A stretch of DNA of 64,000 bases from Eukaryota sp. TZLM1-RC (lineage: Eukaryota; Protista; Metamonada: BaSk clade): assembly GCA_040285825.1 (NCBI GenBank), contig JAUPSS010000004.1, forward strand, positions 372,001-436,000. Reading direction: 5' to 3'. The notes beneath the pieces were generated by a model. That model saw nothing but the letters and a program-made list of their open reading frames with translations, had not been told where the DNA came from and ran no database searches. This document shows positions 45,580 to 58,089 of the stretch, one piece after another. The translations under genes were made by a program, and so were the position numbers. The number at the start of each line of letters is the position of its first letter. The first letter of the stretch is position 1.

Positions 45580-45860
45580 TTATACTGTTTTGATTTCAAT
45601 AAATTTGTTTGTATTTTTGACTTCTGAATTAATGAAATGTTCGTTAGAAGGATTACGAGGGTGTATGGACATAGTATCTAAAATGGTAAAACTACCATTT
45701 AAGCTGGGAAGAACCATATCACCTCTTGTCAGACCCATAGAAGTTCTTTTTGTAGCGCGTACTATCAATATTGGGGCCATCCAGAATTACTTTTTGATTG
45801 CAAAACCTCTGAGAAGGAATCTACTCGATATGATTCGGACATGACGGAATAATACAATTA
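45580..45860 (-). pseudogene. Non-LTR RLE fragment (same family as 22433-23010); second copy ~55448-55723
   Basis: SMGLTRGDMVLPSLNGSFTILD. Confidence 0.75.
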
Positions 45861-47191
45861 CAATATTGCAAAACATAATTGTTCTACAAAATCATTATTT
45901 TCCATCTTGTGTTAAAAAGCAATGACGATTTTTACTTCCAGGATGAGGAAGCTATATGAACGTACATCAACAGCGCCTTTAAAAACCTTCAAATGTCCCA
46001 TGTAGATTTCGTGACCGCTATAAAATGATTTCAATTTCAATTCTCTCAATACTGTTTTTAGACCATCTTTGGTTTTTTCTTAAACCTTAAATAAATGATC
46101 CAAATTTTGTATGCCAAGACCAATTCCCAATAAACTGAATGATCACATTATTAACCCCTTTAAAAAGTACCCAAGCCCAATTGCGTTGCAGATGACCAAT
46201 ATGATGGCTGCAAAATCTTTGACACTGTTGGTAGTAATTGAATACACAATGACGATATTTGCATCAGAAATTATACCATGAAGATCAAATGCATTGGTCT
46301 GGGTAGAGATCATTGGTCCTTCAACTGATCTGCAACAATTACAAAATTGGGTTTAAGCTTGGAGCATGAGACAACTTGGACACTGTAGACATTATCGTTT
46401 AGGTAAAGCCAAGTTCCAACATTGCTTCTATAACACAATCATCGTTTGTGGCAGCAAATATGAACAAGGCGGTCTGTGCCTGAGTAACGAGAACCATGAC
46501 TTATGTCTGTTTTTCAACGAAGAAAACCTGGAAGCGAGCCACCAATTACCTTAACAAGTTGTCTTTCAGTTGTACCAACAAAAAAGTGTGAACAATGAAA
46601 CAACAAATGAATTGAAGAATGATACAAGGAATCAATGCAAAGAACTAATCTAACCTAACCTGACCAAACCTGTGATGAAGTGGCAGTGAGTAAGCAATGT
46701 GCTTATTCAATGAAAAACAGAGACGATTCAAAAACAATGATTGCAAACATGTTTTCATCCATCGAAGGACATGGCGTTTACAGAAGTAATTCAATACAGC
46801 AGAATCATTTCAACAACTGTTGTACATGATTGGTCATCAAACTCGTCATCAGAAGAGAAACGCAATTGTGAAGGAAGATTCTTTAACCATAATTTGAGCA
46901 AGACAGATGGTTTTAAAGAAGAAACACCTACAAATTAATCATCAGCCTGCTTTTAAAATCGAAAAGGATAAGCAAACCTTAATTGTAAAAAAACGGCGCC
47001 TTTAGAGATTTTGTTATTGTGAAATAGGTTTGGGAAGATTTAGAGAAAACAGTGTCCTTGGTATAAATCACATCAACTGAATCATTATTGAGACAGATCT
47101 TGATCAGTTGTAGTGATTGTAAAACCAGCAAAACATGGTTTGTTGTGTGATATCATTTATTTACAATTCTATATTTAAAAACAACAAAGAA

Positions 47192-48222
47192 CTATACTTC
47201 CTTGATAAGCAGCCCATATGGACGTACATCAACATCTTCTTTAGACACCCAATATTCACCCACTTTGGTTTTCTTTTTGGAAATAATGATCAATCTGTCA
47301 GAAGCTGGGTTAACTCTATTTTGCAATACAACCTTAAAGCGTCGACCATCAGCTTCATAAGTTGGTGCGTACAGTGCTGCAACTTCAACATCGGGAGTTG
47401 TGTAAACACCTGGAATGAGCAACAAAATGATGAGGGCATACCATGACCAAAGAGAAATCTTCTCCCCTTTGAGAGATTGAAACCATCATTTGCGATAGTG
47501 TTAGCGCTGTTGTGTGCGGTACCATGGTACGAAACTGGCCATTCATTATCGTTGGATTTTGTTCGTAGTCCCTGGGTACCTAGCCATTCGTTACCATCAT
47601 TGAACTTGTCCTTCACTTTCAACGCAATTCTGTTCCATCCATATGGGCGATAGTATCTGTGTTTTCCACGATAGAAAACAGTACCATCGTCTCTTAAGTT
47701 TGTAAAGTCAAAGCTGAAGGCAGAGTCCACAATGTTCATATCAAAACCATATGGTCTTACTTCATCACCGCCACCACGGAGACGTAGAACTAGGTGAATT
47801 GTTGAATTATTCTGTACACTATAAGATGATAGAGACCGACCATCCTCAAGTTGCCTTCCGGAAAAAATCAAGCGTTGTTGATCATAAGGGATACCTTCCC
47901 GTTCTTGAATTTTGTACTTGAGTGATTCAACGGTGTCTAGTTCTTGCAAATCAATTGGAATGGTTTTTCCTGTTATAGTTTTAACTTTCAGACCATCGGG
48001 TTCGGAGATCGGGGACGAAGGCCTGTTACTAGAGGCAGGAGGCCCACCTCCTATGGCATCCGTGATGCGATCAGGACTACGATCTCCTACTGTACCACAT
48101 TGAAGAGAAAGTTGGTGTAAGTCAAAGAACGTGATCGGAGCCACTACATCAGGATCTGAAGTTGTACTAAGGGCTTGACCGAAGACTGTCTCTAAAGCAC
48201 CTTTGATGACGTTAGTACTCAT
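47192..48222 (-). CDS. Ubiquitin-like domain fused to PARP-like ADP-ribosyltransferase, 332 aa, two exons (intron 47410-47441)
   Basis: [36 protein letters not shown]. Removing the 32-nt GTATG...CCAG intron gives YHGT...FGHGVYTTP...VVLQNRV...GEYWV...RPYGLLIK (H-Y-E triad). Confidence 0.88.
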
Positions 48223-49664
48223 TCGTGAATGTTGATACAATAAAGTCGATTATTTGATTGTAATTCACTGATTATCATTTGCGTTAAAGGATTGAATTTT
48301 GAAATCAATCTTTCCTTCTTTAAATATGATTGCTTTAACGGCATATATGCAGGTCTAAATGAGCAGCTTTACATTTTAAAAAAACTATTCAACAAAATAG
48401 GCTGCAATAGAACTTGGTTAAATTTGCTTTACTTTTGAATTCTCCAATTTGGATGGAATTGACATAACGGTAAGTCATATTCATATGGGGCTATTCCACA
48501 TTTTCTGATTTTATTGTGAGGAAAAATCAAGAGTTTAAACCAAAAACGTAAAATTTGATTAAATATTGTTTCCACAAAAATTTACAATGTTAACAACTGT
48601 TTTTATTCAAACTTCATACATTTCGATAAAGTGATCGCTGATTTTGATTCAAGGCGGTAGGTTTAGAAGTTTCATGGACTAGGTACTGAAAGGGATACCC
48701 CATTCAATCGACATTTGGCATAGATTTCTATGATATCCAACACTGTTTCGACAAATAATCTGCTTTTATCAGCCTTCAGAATGTTCTAAGTCCCTAGCTT
48801 ACTTACCCAGAACTTAAAGAGTGATGGTTTAGATTATTTGCCGAACTTTGAATGATGTGGTTCCTATTGCATCAGCAATGTCAGATAATCAACATTCAGG
48901 CTGATGGTGCTATACAGGTAGTGTATATGGATCATATAACTAAATCTTACAAATACAAAAGTTGACAAAGGTCATTGAGAATGAACTTATTAAACTTGTG
49001 GATCGCAGATGAAGGACTTGAAATCATATGAGACTGACTTTAAGCTAAAATCCAATTGAACCCGTCCTGACAAAATTATCGAAGAAAATTAAAAATTTGA
49101 AAGAGCAGACAACAATTGAGAAATATCAGGAAATCCTAGATTGTCAACACAACAATAGTAAACTTTGCTCGGATTTCCTGTCAATGGTAAATAATCAAGC
49201 TTGGTCTTAGGAACAGTCGCTGTTATAAGTGATAGAACCAAACCTATAGAAAGAACTCCGTGAAAGTCAGAAGCAAATAGGTTGGAAACGATCGTATTGA
49301 AAGCAAGTCTTGTTGTTGCTTTTACTTGAATTCTGACAATACCAATCACATTTGCAGCACTTTTGCGATTCAAGGGATCTGTTTCTAAAATTTACAAAAA
49401 TCTCAGAGAATATATTATATCAAGTATTTCAGCAATACAAAAAATGATGCTTGTGTTGTTCTTGTTTCTGACACCTTTTCAATGTCGAAAATTTTAATAT
49501 TTTACTCAATGCAATATTTATTTAAAACACAGTGAATGAAAAATCATCAACTATACAACTAGTGCTCGCACATTCTCAAAACCCGCCTCTCATTCATCGA
49601 AACAATTAATTAACTAAAGATTTGGAAAAATTACCACCTTTTTTTGAAATATTTCGATCTATCT

Positions 49665-51111
49665 ATTTATTTAATTGGCACACTTAATTAAATTAACCCA
49701 TAACTGATGGGACGACTATCATTGAATCAAAATTTCCTCTCCAAAATCTTGATCTGCTTGCTGTCTAGCTAAAGCTTTTCTTATTCGATTGAAATACCGA
49801 GGTTATCTATTAAAAATGGCAAATTGAATCTGTGAAGTCATATCAAATCTCTTCATTGTTTTTTCTTGAACCATTTTTTGGAAGTCATTGAAACAGTTTC
49901 TGCTTCATCTGATAATCTTCCATTTATCGAAAATGGTAAAGCAATAAAAACCAGCTGTGTATTTCTATCAGCATTAGCTTCCTCAATATCTTTATCATAT
50001 TTTCTATGTTTTTCCTTCGCTTTAAAATCCAGAGCACTCACAGGATTAAGTTTTCTTCTGTGAACCAAAGTATCAATTGCCACATTACATGAGACAAAGT
50101 CAACAATAGCTTCAGAATTATCAATCCAATCACAGTATACATCACCTCTATCATCAGAACCAAAATTATTCAGAGAAAGTGTTTCCTTCAGCAGGGGCTC
50201 TTTGATACACGATATTCTTGCAGTTTGTGCCATATTGAAAACAGTGTCTCTAACAGCATCATGTAATGAAGAACGATAAGTTATCAATTTAGATCAATTC
50301 AGGGCATGGCGCAAAGTGAGTTGAGGTGAATTCGAACAACTACATTTTTCTTTTGATAATAATTGGTTAATGGGGATATTTAAATATAATCTCATTTTTG
50401 TTACAAATGCTTCATTAGCGGCACACAATCCAAATCTTCGTGGTTCAATGGTTACAAAAAGTGAAGAATCTGATGATTTGCTTTCACAAACACCCTTTTC
50501 CAATAACAATGACTGAAAATCTTTCTTTAAAACAGCCGAGCTGCATATATCATTATAAAGATCATTTTCATACATTCCAGTCAATCGTTTCTGTAATGTT
50601 CGAAGAGTGTACTTCAAATTTAAAACATTCTTTTCTGGGATATTGCCATTGAATGATTGGGGAAAGCATCGACCCCATGTTTTTGCATCAATTTTTGAAA
50701 TATCTTCATTTAATGTAAAAACAGTGGAACTTTCCGTTGCCATCAATAAATTTTCCCAATCTGCAAATCTTTCGGAAAACTCATTGCATTTTTGCATCCA
50801 GCAACAACAGCACACGAGGTAAGAATAGAAGCCTTCGTCCACCCTAAACCACCATAATGTGGACTAAGGTAAGTATGGTCTGAAATTTGGAACATTTTAT
50901 ATCCCAGTAATTGATACAGAACTTTTGCACGTAATTTATTGAACTTTTGAGCCAAAGGCCTAGTGACAAGAGGATTTGTAGATCGAAATATATGATTAAA
51001 ATTGGAACTAAAACACAGTCTTATAATGGTAAATTTGATATGTTTTTGTATATTTAAATTCATTTGTATATCTAAATTCACCATTCGGTCAATTTTGTCG
51101 GAAATTAAGTT
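49665..51111 (-). mobile_element. Family B non-LTR 3' fragment (unit 2)
   Basis: ORFs 49853..50287, 50294..50842 and 50743..51084. Confidence 0.9.
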
Positions 51112-51285
51112 TGTTACAATCAGTACGGCAGGATTTCAATTTCAGGAATTTTACTTGATTTTTCCATTTGAAGTTATTATATGTAGCATAGTCACATACA
51201 TCAGCCGCTTTATTGACAAAGGCAGTTTTCAAACAGTCATTTCAGGTTGTTTTTACAAAATTGATCATCATTTGATATCTTCGTA

Positions 51286-52386
51286 TGATGCCGTTAGGCA
51301 GATGAACACACGAAGAAGAGAGAGAAATCTGAGTTTATTAATAAAACTGATTCATAAATGAGTATCACGTCATCAGTCGAAATACAAAGAAACCTACTAA
51401 TTCAATTTGAGTTCAACAACAACACTACTTTTTCCCACTTTTCTGAGGACAAATACAGTACTGTCTCAATAGAGGGAAGATATGGGGTTTGTTAAACTCT
51501 TTGGTGCATCGTTTGTGTGACACAAATAATTTACCTCATGTTTGATTTTAGTTGGACAATCGCGGGAGATGTGTCCAGGCTTGTGGCACTTGAAGCACGA
51601 TTGATTTTTTAAATCCTGAGAGCGCCAAGAGGACCTCGTTTTAGTGCCAGCCGTACGTTCCACATCATTCACTGAGGTTTTGAAACCACGAGTCCATGAA
51701 GCAACCCTAGAGCAGTCCAACAGCTCATCAGTAGTGGTTTCGACAAGAGAGTGAAGATCTGGGAATACATCATCTCGAATTCTCGCTAGTAGAGAACGTT
51801 GAAGACCTACGGGAAGAATTCCTCTGGCAAATCGATTCAGAAAAGCTGTGTCTGGTAACTTCAGTCCGGAAGCCCTACTCTTTACCTGGAGGAAACGTCG
51901 CAGGTAACAGGACATACGTTCTCGGACGTCACCAATACGGACATCAAGCTTCAGTTCTGACATAGCCAGACTAAAATCTTCGTACGTGGCGAACGATACG
52001 ACAGATTGAAGATGTCTAAGAAGAACATCGTCACTGGAAGAGACGTCGGATTTCTGGAGAGATAGGGACTCTAACAGAAAAGAATCGACCAAGAGTCTTG
52101 CTGGAACAAGCTCTTTCTTAGAAGTCACAGAAGAATAGATCTTCCACTCTTGTAGGAACAAGAGAACACTTTCAACTTTCATGGAAGAAAGAGACGGGAG
52201 GTTGACAGAAGGAACAGTCATCTGAAATAAGAAGGGTCAATAATTATTGATGCCGTTAGGCAGATGAACACACGAAGAAGAGAGAGAAATCTGAGTTTAT
52301 TAATAAAACTGATTCATAAATGAGTATCACGTCATCAGTCGAAATACAAAGAAACCTACTAATTCAATTTGAGTTCAACAACAACA
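51286..52386 (-). mobile_element. Gag-only LTR retrotransposon, 1101 bp
   Basis: Two identical 139-bp TG...CA LTRs (51286-51424, 52248-52386), 4-bp TSD CGTA (51282-51285, 52387-52390), PPT AAAAGTGGGAAAAAGTAG on the minus strand, empty sites in units 1 and 3. Confidence 0.93.
51466..52221 (-). CDS. gag: Gag-like protein with CCHC zinc knuckle
   Basis: Intact 251-aa ORF. YLRRF...FLNRFARGI resembles the capsid major homology region; knuckle CFKCHKPGHISRDC. Confidence 0.88.
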   Translation of the reverse strand: MTVPSVNLPSLSSMKVESVLLFLQEWKIYSSVTSKKELVPARLLVDSFLLESLSLQKSDVSSSDDVLLRHLQSVVSFATYEDFSLAMSELKLDVRIGDVRERMSCYLRRFLQVKSRASGLKLPDTAFLNRFARGILPVGLQRSLLARIRDDVFPDLHSLVETTTDELLDCSRVASWTRGFKTSVNDVERTAGTKTRSSWRSQDLKNQSCFKCHKPGHISRDCPTKIKHEVNYLCHTNDAPKSLTNPISSLY

Positions 52387-55300
52387 CGTATGGCGCTCTC
52401 AAAATGAATTTGTCATTATTAATGGTCTTGGCTGTTCGTTATTATCGAACATACTGTATGAATGTAAAGAAATTTATTACGCAGAAAATAAAAATTCACT
52501 CTACTTGGCTAGCAGTAAAGTAAAATAAACTTTAATAACTATAATATAACTATAATAGACTATCAAATACTATTCAAGACTAACACTATCTTTTTCTCTC
52601 TTTCGAGTGACGAGCCCTAGAAGCTCTAATCACAGGATGTGAAGTACTAGTTTTGGGACGCTTCTAGGAGCGGATTTAGTATAGCGACGTGCTTTCGAAG
52701 TCTTGATAAAGTCTTCATACGCGACAGTATTTTGGACTGTAAACATATGTTCGGCGGTCATCTTTTTTCCCGGCCATTGTACTTGGCAAAAATTACCGTA
52801 CTGACTGAGCACCTTTTCTAATGATGTGTTCTTCGACATCTCCAGCTGCAACCCATGAGTGGAACTCATCGTTGACAATAACGCTCGAGTGCTAGGGTGC
52901 TAAATGTTTGACGCTAGCTTGAACTGTCGTGCCTATGCAGAGATTGCTAATATGCACTGACGAATTGGATACAATCTCAGATGTTATCAAAGGTCCTAAA
53001 TAATTTCCATGTAGCTTAGCGGAGGAAATGAAAGCTCTTAAAACCAATTGACCAACTTCAAAAAGATTTGGGGTTGTTGATATATTCAGCTTGGAAGCTT
53101 TGAAAGCTTCATGTTGTTGTGCCGCCTTTTCCTGTTTTTCTCAATCTACGAAAATTGATTACTTGAATAAAAGTTGACTCAGACGTCGAGCTTTCAATGA
53201 TTTCCAGAATTTGCCAGGATCAGATCTAGGCGACACATCAAAACCACAGATCATTTGGTATGGCGTGTGGTTTGTTATTGAGCTCTGAGAAGAGTTGATC
53301 AAAAATTGTACATAAGGCAAATTTTTGGACCACAGGTCGTAGGCGTTGAAGTCTACGAGCAATCTCAGCAGGTTTATGCAGGATGTCTTTGTTTCGGCGT
53401 TCTACCATGCTGTTGGGCTGAAAAAATTCTGGGAATTGACTTTGACACCTTTATGCCCAAAAATTTGCTCAATTCGTCGAAGACAGCCTTGGAAAATTCG
53501 GGTCCATTATCACTGTATATTTGAAATGGGATGCGAAAAATGGCACTGACTGTCAAAATTGATGCATCTGCAGTAAAATTGGCATTTATTGCTTTTAAAG
53601 TGACAATAATCGTGAACCTAGAGAAGCTGTCAATAAATACAAGGATGTGTTTGTGGCCTTTTGGATCTTCTTCAAGAGAACCAATGACGTCGTCGTTGAC
53701 ACGAGCTAAGGCTTTGTCAGCCCACAATAAACCGGATGGGGGATCGTGCAGTTTGGGAACTGGCTTAGTTTTCTGACAGGAGTGCCATTCGTTGACGTGC
53801 TTGTTCATGTCAGTGAGCATGTTTGGCCACCAATAATCACTGTTTCTGTGCTTGTTCAGGCATTCAGTTTTGCTTTGGTGGTCTTTTTGTAAAGGTCTGT
53901 GCAACAATTTGAAGGTGTCCTTAATAAGTGATTTGGGAATCACAATTTTGTTGTGAGTCATATATAAATCAAGATCATTATTATGCACACAGTTGTTGAA
54001 AAAGTGGTCTTTGTAAACTATGGCAAGCTTCTGTTTGAACCTCATCCTACAAAGCCATGGTTCAAAAATAAGAAGGTCGTTGGAACAACGTTCTTTGAGG
54101 ACCATGATGATGTGTTCAAAGTTGTTCAAGTCTTCGATGTAGTATCTTTCGTTTTCAGTTCCATCAATTTTATCTACGTTAAAGATTGAATGGAAATTTG
54201 AAGACGTTTGATGGTACAAATGATTGATCTCATGATGGTTCGTAGGCAAAAATATTCTAGACGACATGTTTGCATGAACAATATAGCATAGAGTTTCTTT
54301 TGGTTAGTTAAACCAGTTCTTTTGACTGTTTGATAACAAACAATTGAAGAAACTGATTGGCCTACGCTTTTGGTTGATTAAAGGCGCACCGGGGTCTTTG
54401 TCAGGTTTAGTTTGACTCCAAATGACTCCACCAACAGCGATATAGGATGTATCGCAACTTATCAGAACTTGATTCCTGAATGGAGGTAAGTTGAGAGGCA
54501 TGTGCATTGCTATCAATTGTTTGATCTGAGTCAGGAGTTTATAGTGCATGTCGGTCCATTGAAGGCGTTGCGCTCTGCGTTTGGATTTAACGTTTTCGTT
54601 GTTCCCCTCCTCATTCTGAATCAGTTTGATGATAAGAGCAATGAGCTCAAATACATGTAGCAGCCATTTTTTGACAAAGTTGACTGATTCTACAGGGTTG
54701 CCGACGTCCTTCACCGACTTTGGTCTAGCAAGATTCAACAGAGATTCGGTCCAAGTGGGATCTATTGTCCTTGTTTTGTTCTGAAAAACACTGCCCAATA
54801 TCTTTATTGGGTGTTTAGACGACACGAGGTGGCGCTTTGCAAATCCCAAGGATACTTTTTCGGATCTTGCTTGCTCAAGGTTATGCTTGAGGTGGTCGTG
54901 GAATTCGTCAAAGGTTGTACCTATGGCTATTTTGGCATCTATGCAAATGAATATTCCTTCTTCAGAGAAGCTGTCAGTCATGACGTTTTGGAATTCAACT
55001 GGGACATTCTTGAGGCCGTAAGCTGCACGTTTGACCATGATGCTTTTGCAGGGAATGTTCAGGACTGTTTTCTGCCAGTGTTTTTTAGCAATCTTCAGTT
55101 CCCAAAAAAACTTTGGAAAGGTCAAAAGTGGCTATGTAGTTCGCTTGGGAGAGAAAGATTAGCACATTCGTTCAACAGGGGCTCAACAAAAATGGTGTTG
55201 GCGTTAACTCCTTTGGCTCTCATAAAGGTGATGTATCCAGTAGACAGAATGCGTTTCAAGTCAATGATCCCAATGCTAATGTACTTGCTGTGAATGGTGA

Positions 55301-57057
55301 TAAAGTTCCCTTCTTGGTGGAAAAGAAATAGAAAAGAAATAGTTTACATTGATTTATTGTCCTATATATATAGGTTTGCTCACTGGGAGAAAGTTGATCT
55401 TTTGCTTCAAGAGATGATTATTCACAATTTCTATCATTAAGTCTAGTTTATACTGTTTTGATTTCAATAAATTTGTTTGTATTTTTGACTTCTGAATTAA
55501 TGAAATGTTCGTTAGAAGGATTACGAGGGTGTATGGACATAGTATCTAAAATGGTAAAACTACCATTTAAGCTGGGAAGAACCATATCACCTCTTGTCAG
55601 ACCCATAGAAGTTCTTTTGTAGCGCGTACTATCAATATTGGGGCCATCCAGAATTACTTTTGATTGCAAAACCTCTGAGAAGGAATCTACTCGATATGAT
55701 TCGGACATGACGGAATAATACAATTACAATATTGCAAAACATAATTGTTCTACAAAATCATTATTTTCCATCTTGTGTTAAAAAGCAATGACGATTTTTA
55801 CTTCCAGGATGAGGAAGCTATATGAACGTACATCAACAGCGCCTTTAAAAACCTTCAAATGTCCCATGTAGATTTCGTGACCGCTATAAAATGATTTCAA
55901 TTTCAATTCTCTCAATACTGTTTTTAGACCATCTTTGGTTTTTTCTTAAACCTTAAATAAATGATCCAAATTTTGTATGCCAAGACCAATTCCCAATAAA
56001 CTGAATGATCACATTATTAACCCCTTTAAAAAGTACCCAAGCCCAATTGCGTTGCAGATGACCAATATGATGGCTGCAAAATCTTTGACACTGTTGGTAG
56101 TAATTGAATACACAATGACGATATTTGCATCAGAAATTATGCAATGAAGATCAAATGCATTAGTCTGGGTAGAGATCATTGGTCCTTCAACTGATCTGCA
56201 ACAATTACAAAATTGGGTTTAAGCTTGGAGCATGAGACAACTTGGACACTGTAGACATTATCGTTTAGGTAAAGCCAAGTTCCAACATTGCTTCTATAAC
56301 ACAATCATCGTTTGTGGCAGCAAATATGAACAAGGCGGTCTGTGCCTGAGTAACGAGAACCATGACTTATGTCTGTTTTTCAACGAAGAAAACCTGGAAG
56401 CGAGCCACCAATTACCTTAACAAGTTGTCTTTCAGTTGTACCAACAAAAAAGTGTGAACAATGAAACAACAAATGAATTGAAGAATGATACAAGGAATCA
56501 ATGCAAAGAACTAATCTAACCTAACCTGACCAAACCTGTGATGAAGTGGCAGTGAGTAAGCAATGTGCTTATTCAATGAAAAACAGAGACGATTCAAAAA
56601 CAATGATTGCAAACATGTTTTCATCCATCGAAGGACATGGCGTTTACAGAAGTAATTCAATACAGCAGAATCATTTCAACAACTGTTGTACATGATTGGT
56701 CATCAAACTCGTCATCAGAAGAGAAACGCAATTGTGAAGGAAGATTCTTTAACCATAATTTGAGCAAGACAGATGGTTTTAAAGAAGAAACACCTACAAA
56801 TTAATCATCAGCCTGCTTTTAAAATCGAAAAGGATAAGCAAACCTTAATTGTAAAAAAACGGCGCCTTTAGAGATTTTGTTATTGTGAAATAGGTTTGGG
56901 AAGATTTAGAGAAAACAGTTTCCTTGGTATAAATCACATCAACTGAATCATTATTGAGACAGATCTTGATCAGTTCTAGTAATTGTAAAACCAGCAAAAC
57001 ATGGTTTGTTGTGTGATATCATTTATTTACAATTCTATATTTAAAAACAACAAAGAA

Positions 57058-58089
57058 CTATACTTCCTTGATAAGCAGCCCATATGGACGTACATCAACA
57101 TCTTCTTTAGACACCCAATATTCACCCACTTTGGTTTTCTTTTTGGAAATAATGATCAATCTGTCAGAAGCTGGGTTAACTCTATTTTGCAATACAACCT
57201 TAAAGCGTCGACCATCAGCTTCATAAGTTGGTGCGTACAGTGCTGCAACTTCAACATCGGGAGTTGTGTAAACACCTGGAATGAGCAACAAAATGATGAG
57301 GGCATACCATGACCAAAGAGAAATCTTCTCCCCTTTGAGAGATTGAAACCATCATTTGCGATAGTGTTAGCGCTGTTGTGTGCGGTACCATGGTACGAAA
57401 CTGGCCATTCATTGTCGTTGGATTTTGTTCGTAGTCCCTGGGTACCTAGCCATTCGTTACCATCATTGAACTTGTCCTTCACTTTCAACGCAATTCTGTT
57501 CCATCCATATGGGCGATAGTATCTGTGTTTTCCACGATAGAAAACAGTACCATCGTCTCTTAAGTTTGTAAAGTCAAAGCTGAAGGCAGAGTCCACAATG
57601 TTCATATCAAAACCATATGGTCTTACTTCATCACCGCCACCACGGAGACGTAGAACTAGGTGAATTGTTGAATTATTCTGTACACTATAAGATGATAGAG
57701 ACCGACCATCCTCAAGTTGCCTTCCGGAAAAAATCAAGCGTTGTTGATCATAAGGGATACCTTCCCGTTCTTGAATTTTGTACTTGAGTGATTCAACGGT
57801 GTCTAGTTCTTGCAAAATCAATTGGAATGGTTTTTCCTGTTATAGTTTTAACTTTCAGACCATCGGGTTCGGAGATCGGGGACGAAGGCCTGTTACTAGA
57901 GGCAGGAGGCCCACCTCCTATGGCATCCGTGATGCGATCAGGACTACGATCTCCTACTGTACCACATTGAAGAGAAAGTTGGTGTAAGTCAAAGAACGTG
58001 ATCGGAGCCACTACATCAGGATCTGAAGTTGTACTAAGGGCTTGACCGAAGACTGTCTCTAAAGCACCTTTGATGACGTTAGTACTCAT
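57058..58089 (-). pseudogene. Second ubiquitin-ART fusion copy with a +1 frameshift near 57815 (intron 57276-57307)
   Basis: Otherwise nearly identical to 47192-48222. TGCAAAATC vs TGCAAATC could be a homopolymer assembly error. Confidence 0.8.

Larger units (their letters stand above)
51112..55305 (-). mobile_element. Chromovirus copy, unit 2, with its LTR (51112-52585) split by the gag-only element
   Basis: The LTR span of 1474 equals 369 + 1101 + 4 (TSD). The pol ORFs match those of unit 1. Confidence 0.92.

Noticed and set aside
45900-46950. Coding-like sequence in the array unit (also 48700-49373)
   Set aside because: Fragmented frames with no identifiable family; possibly old pseudogenes, but no product can be supported.
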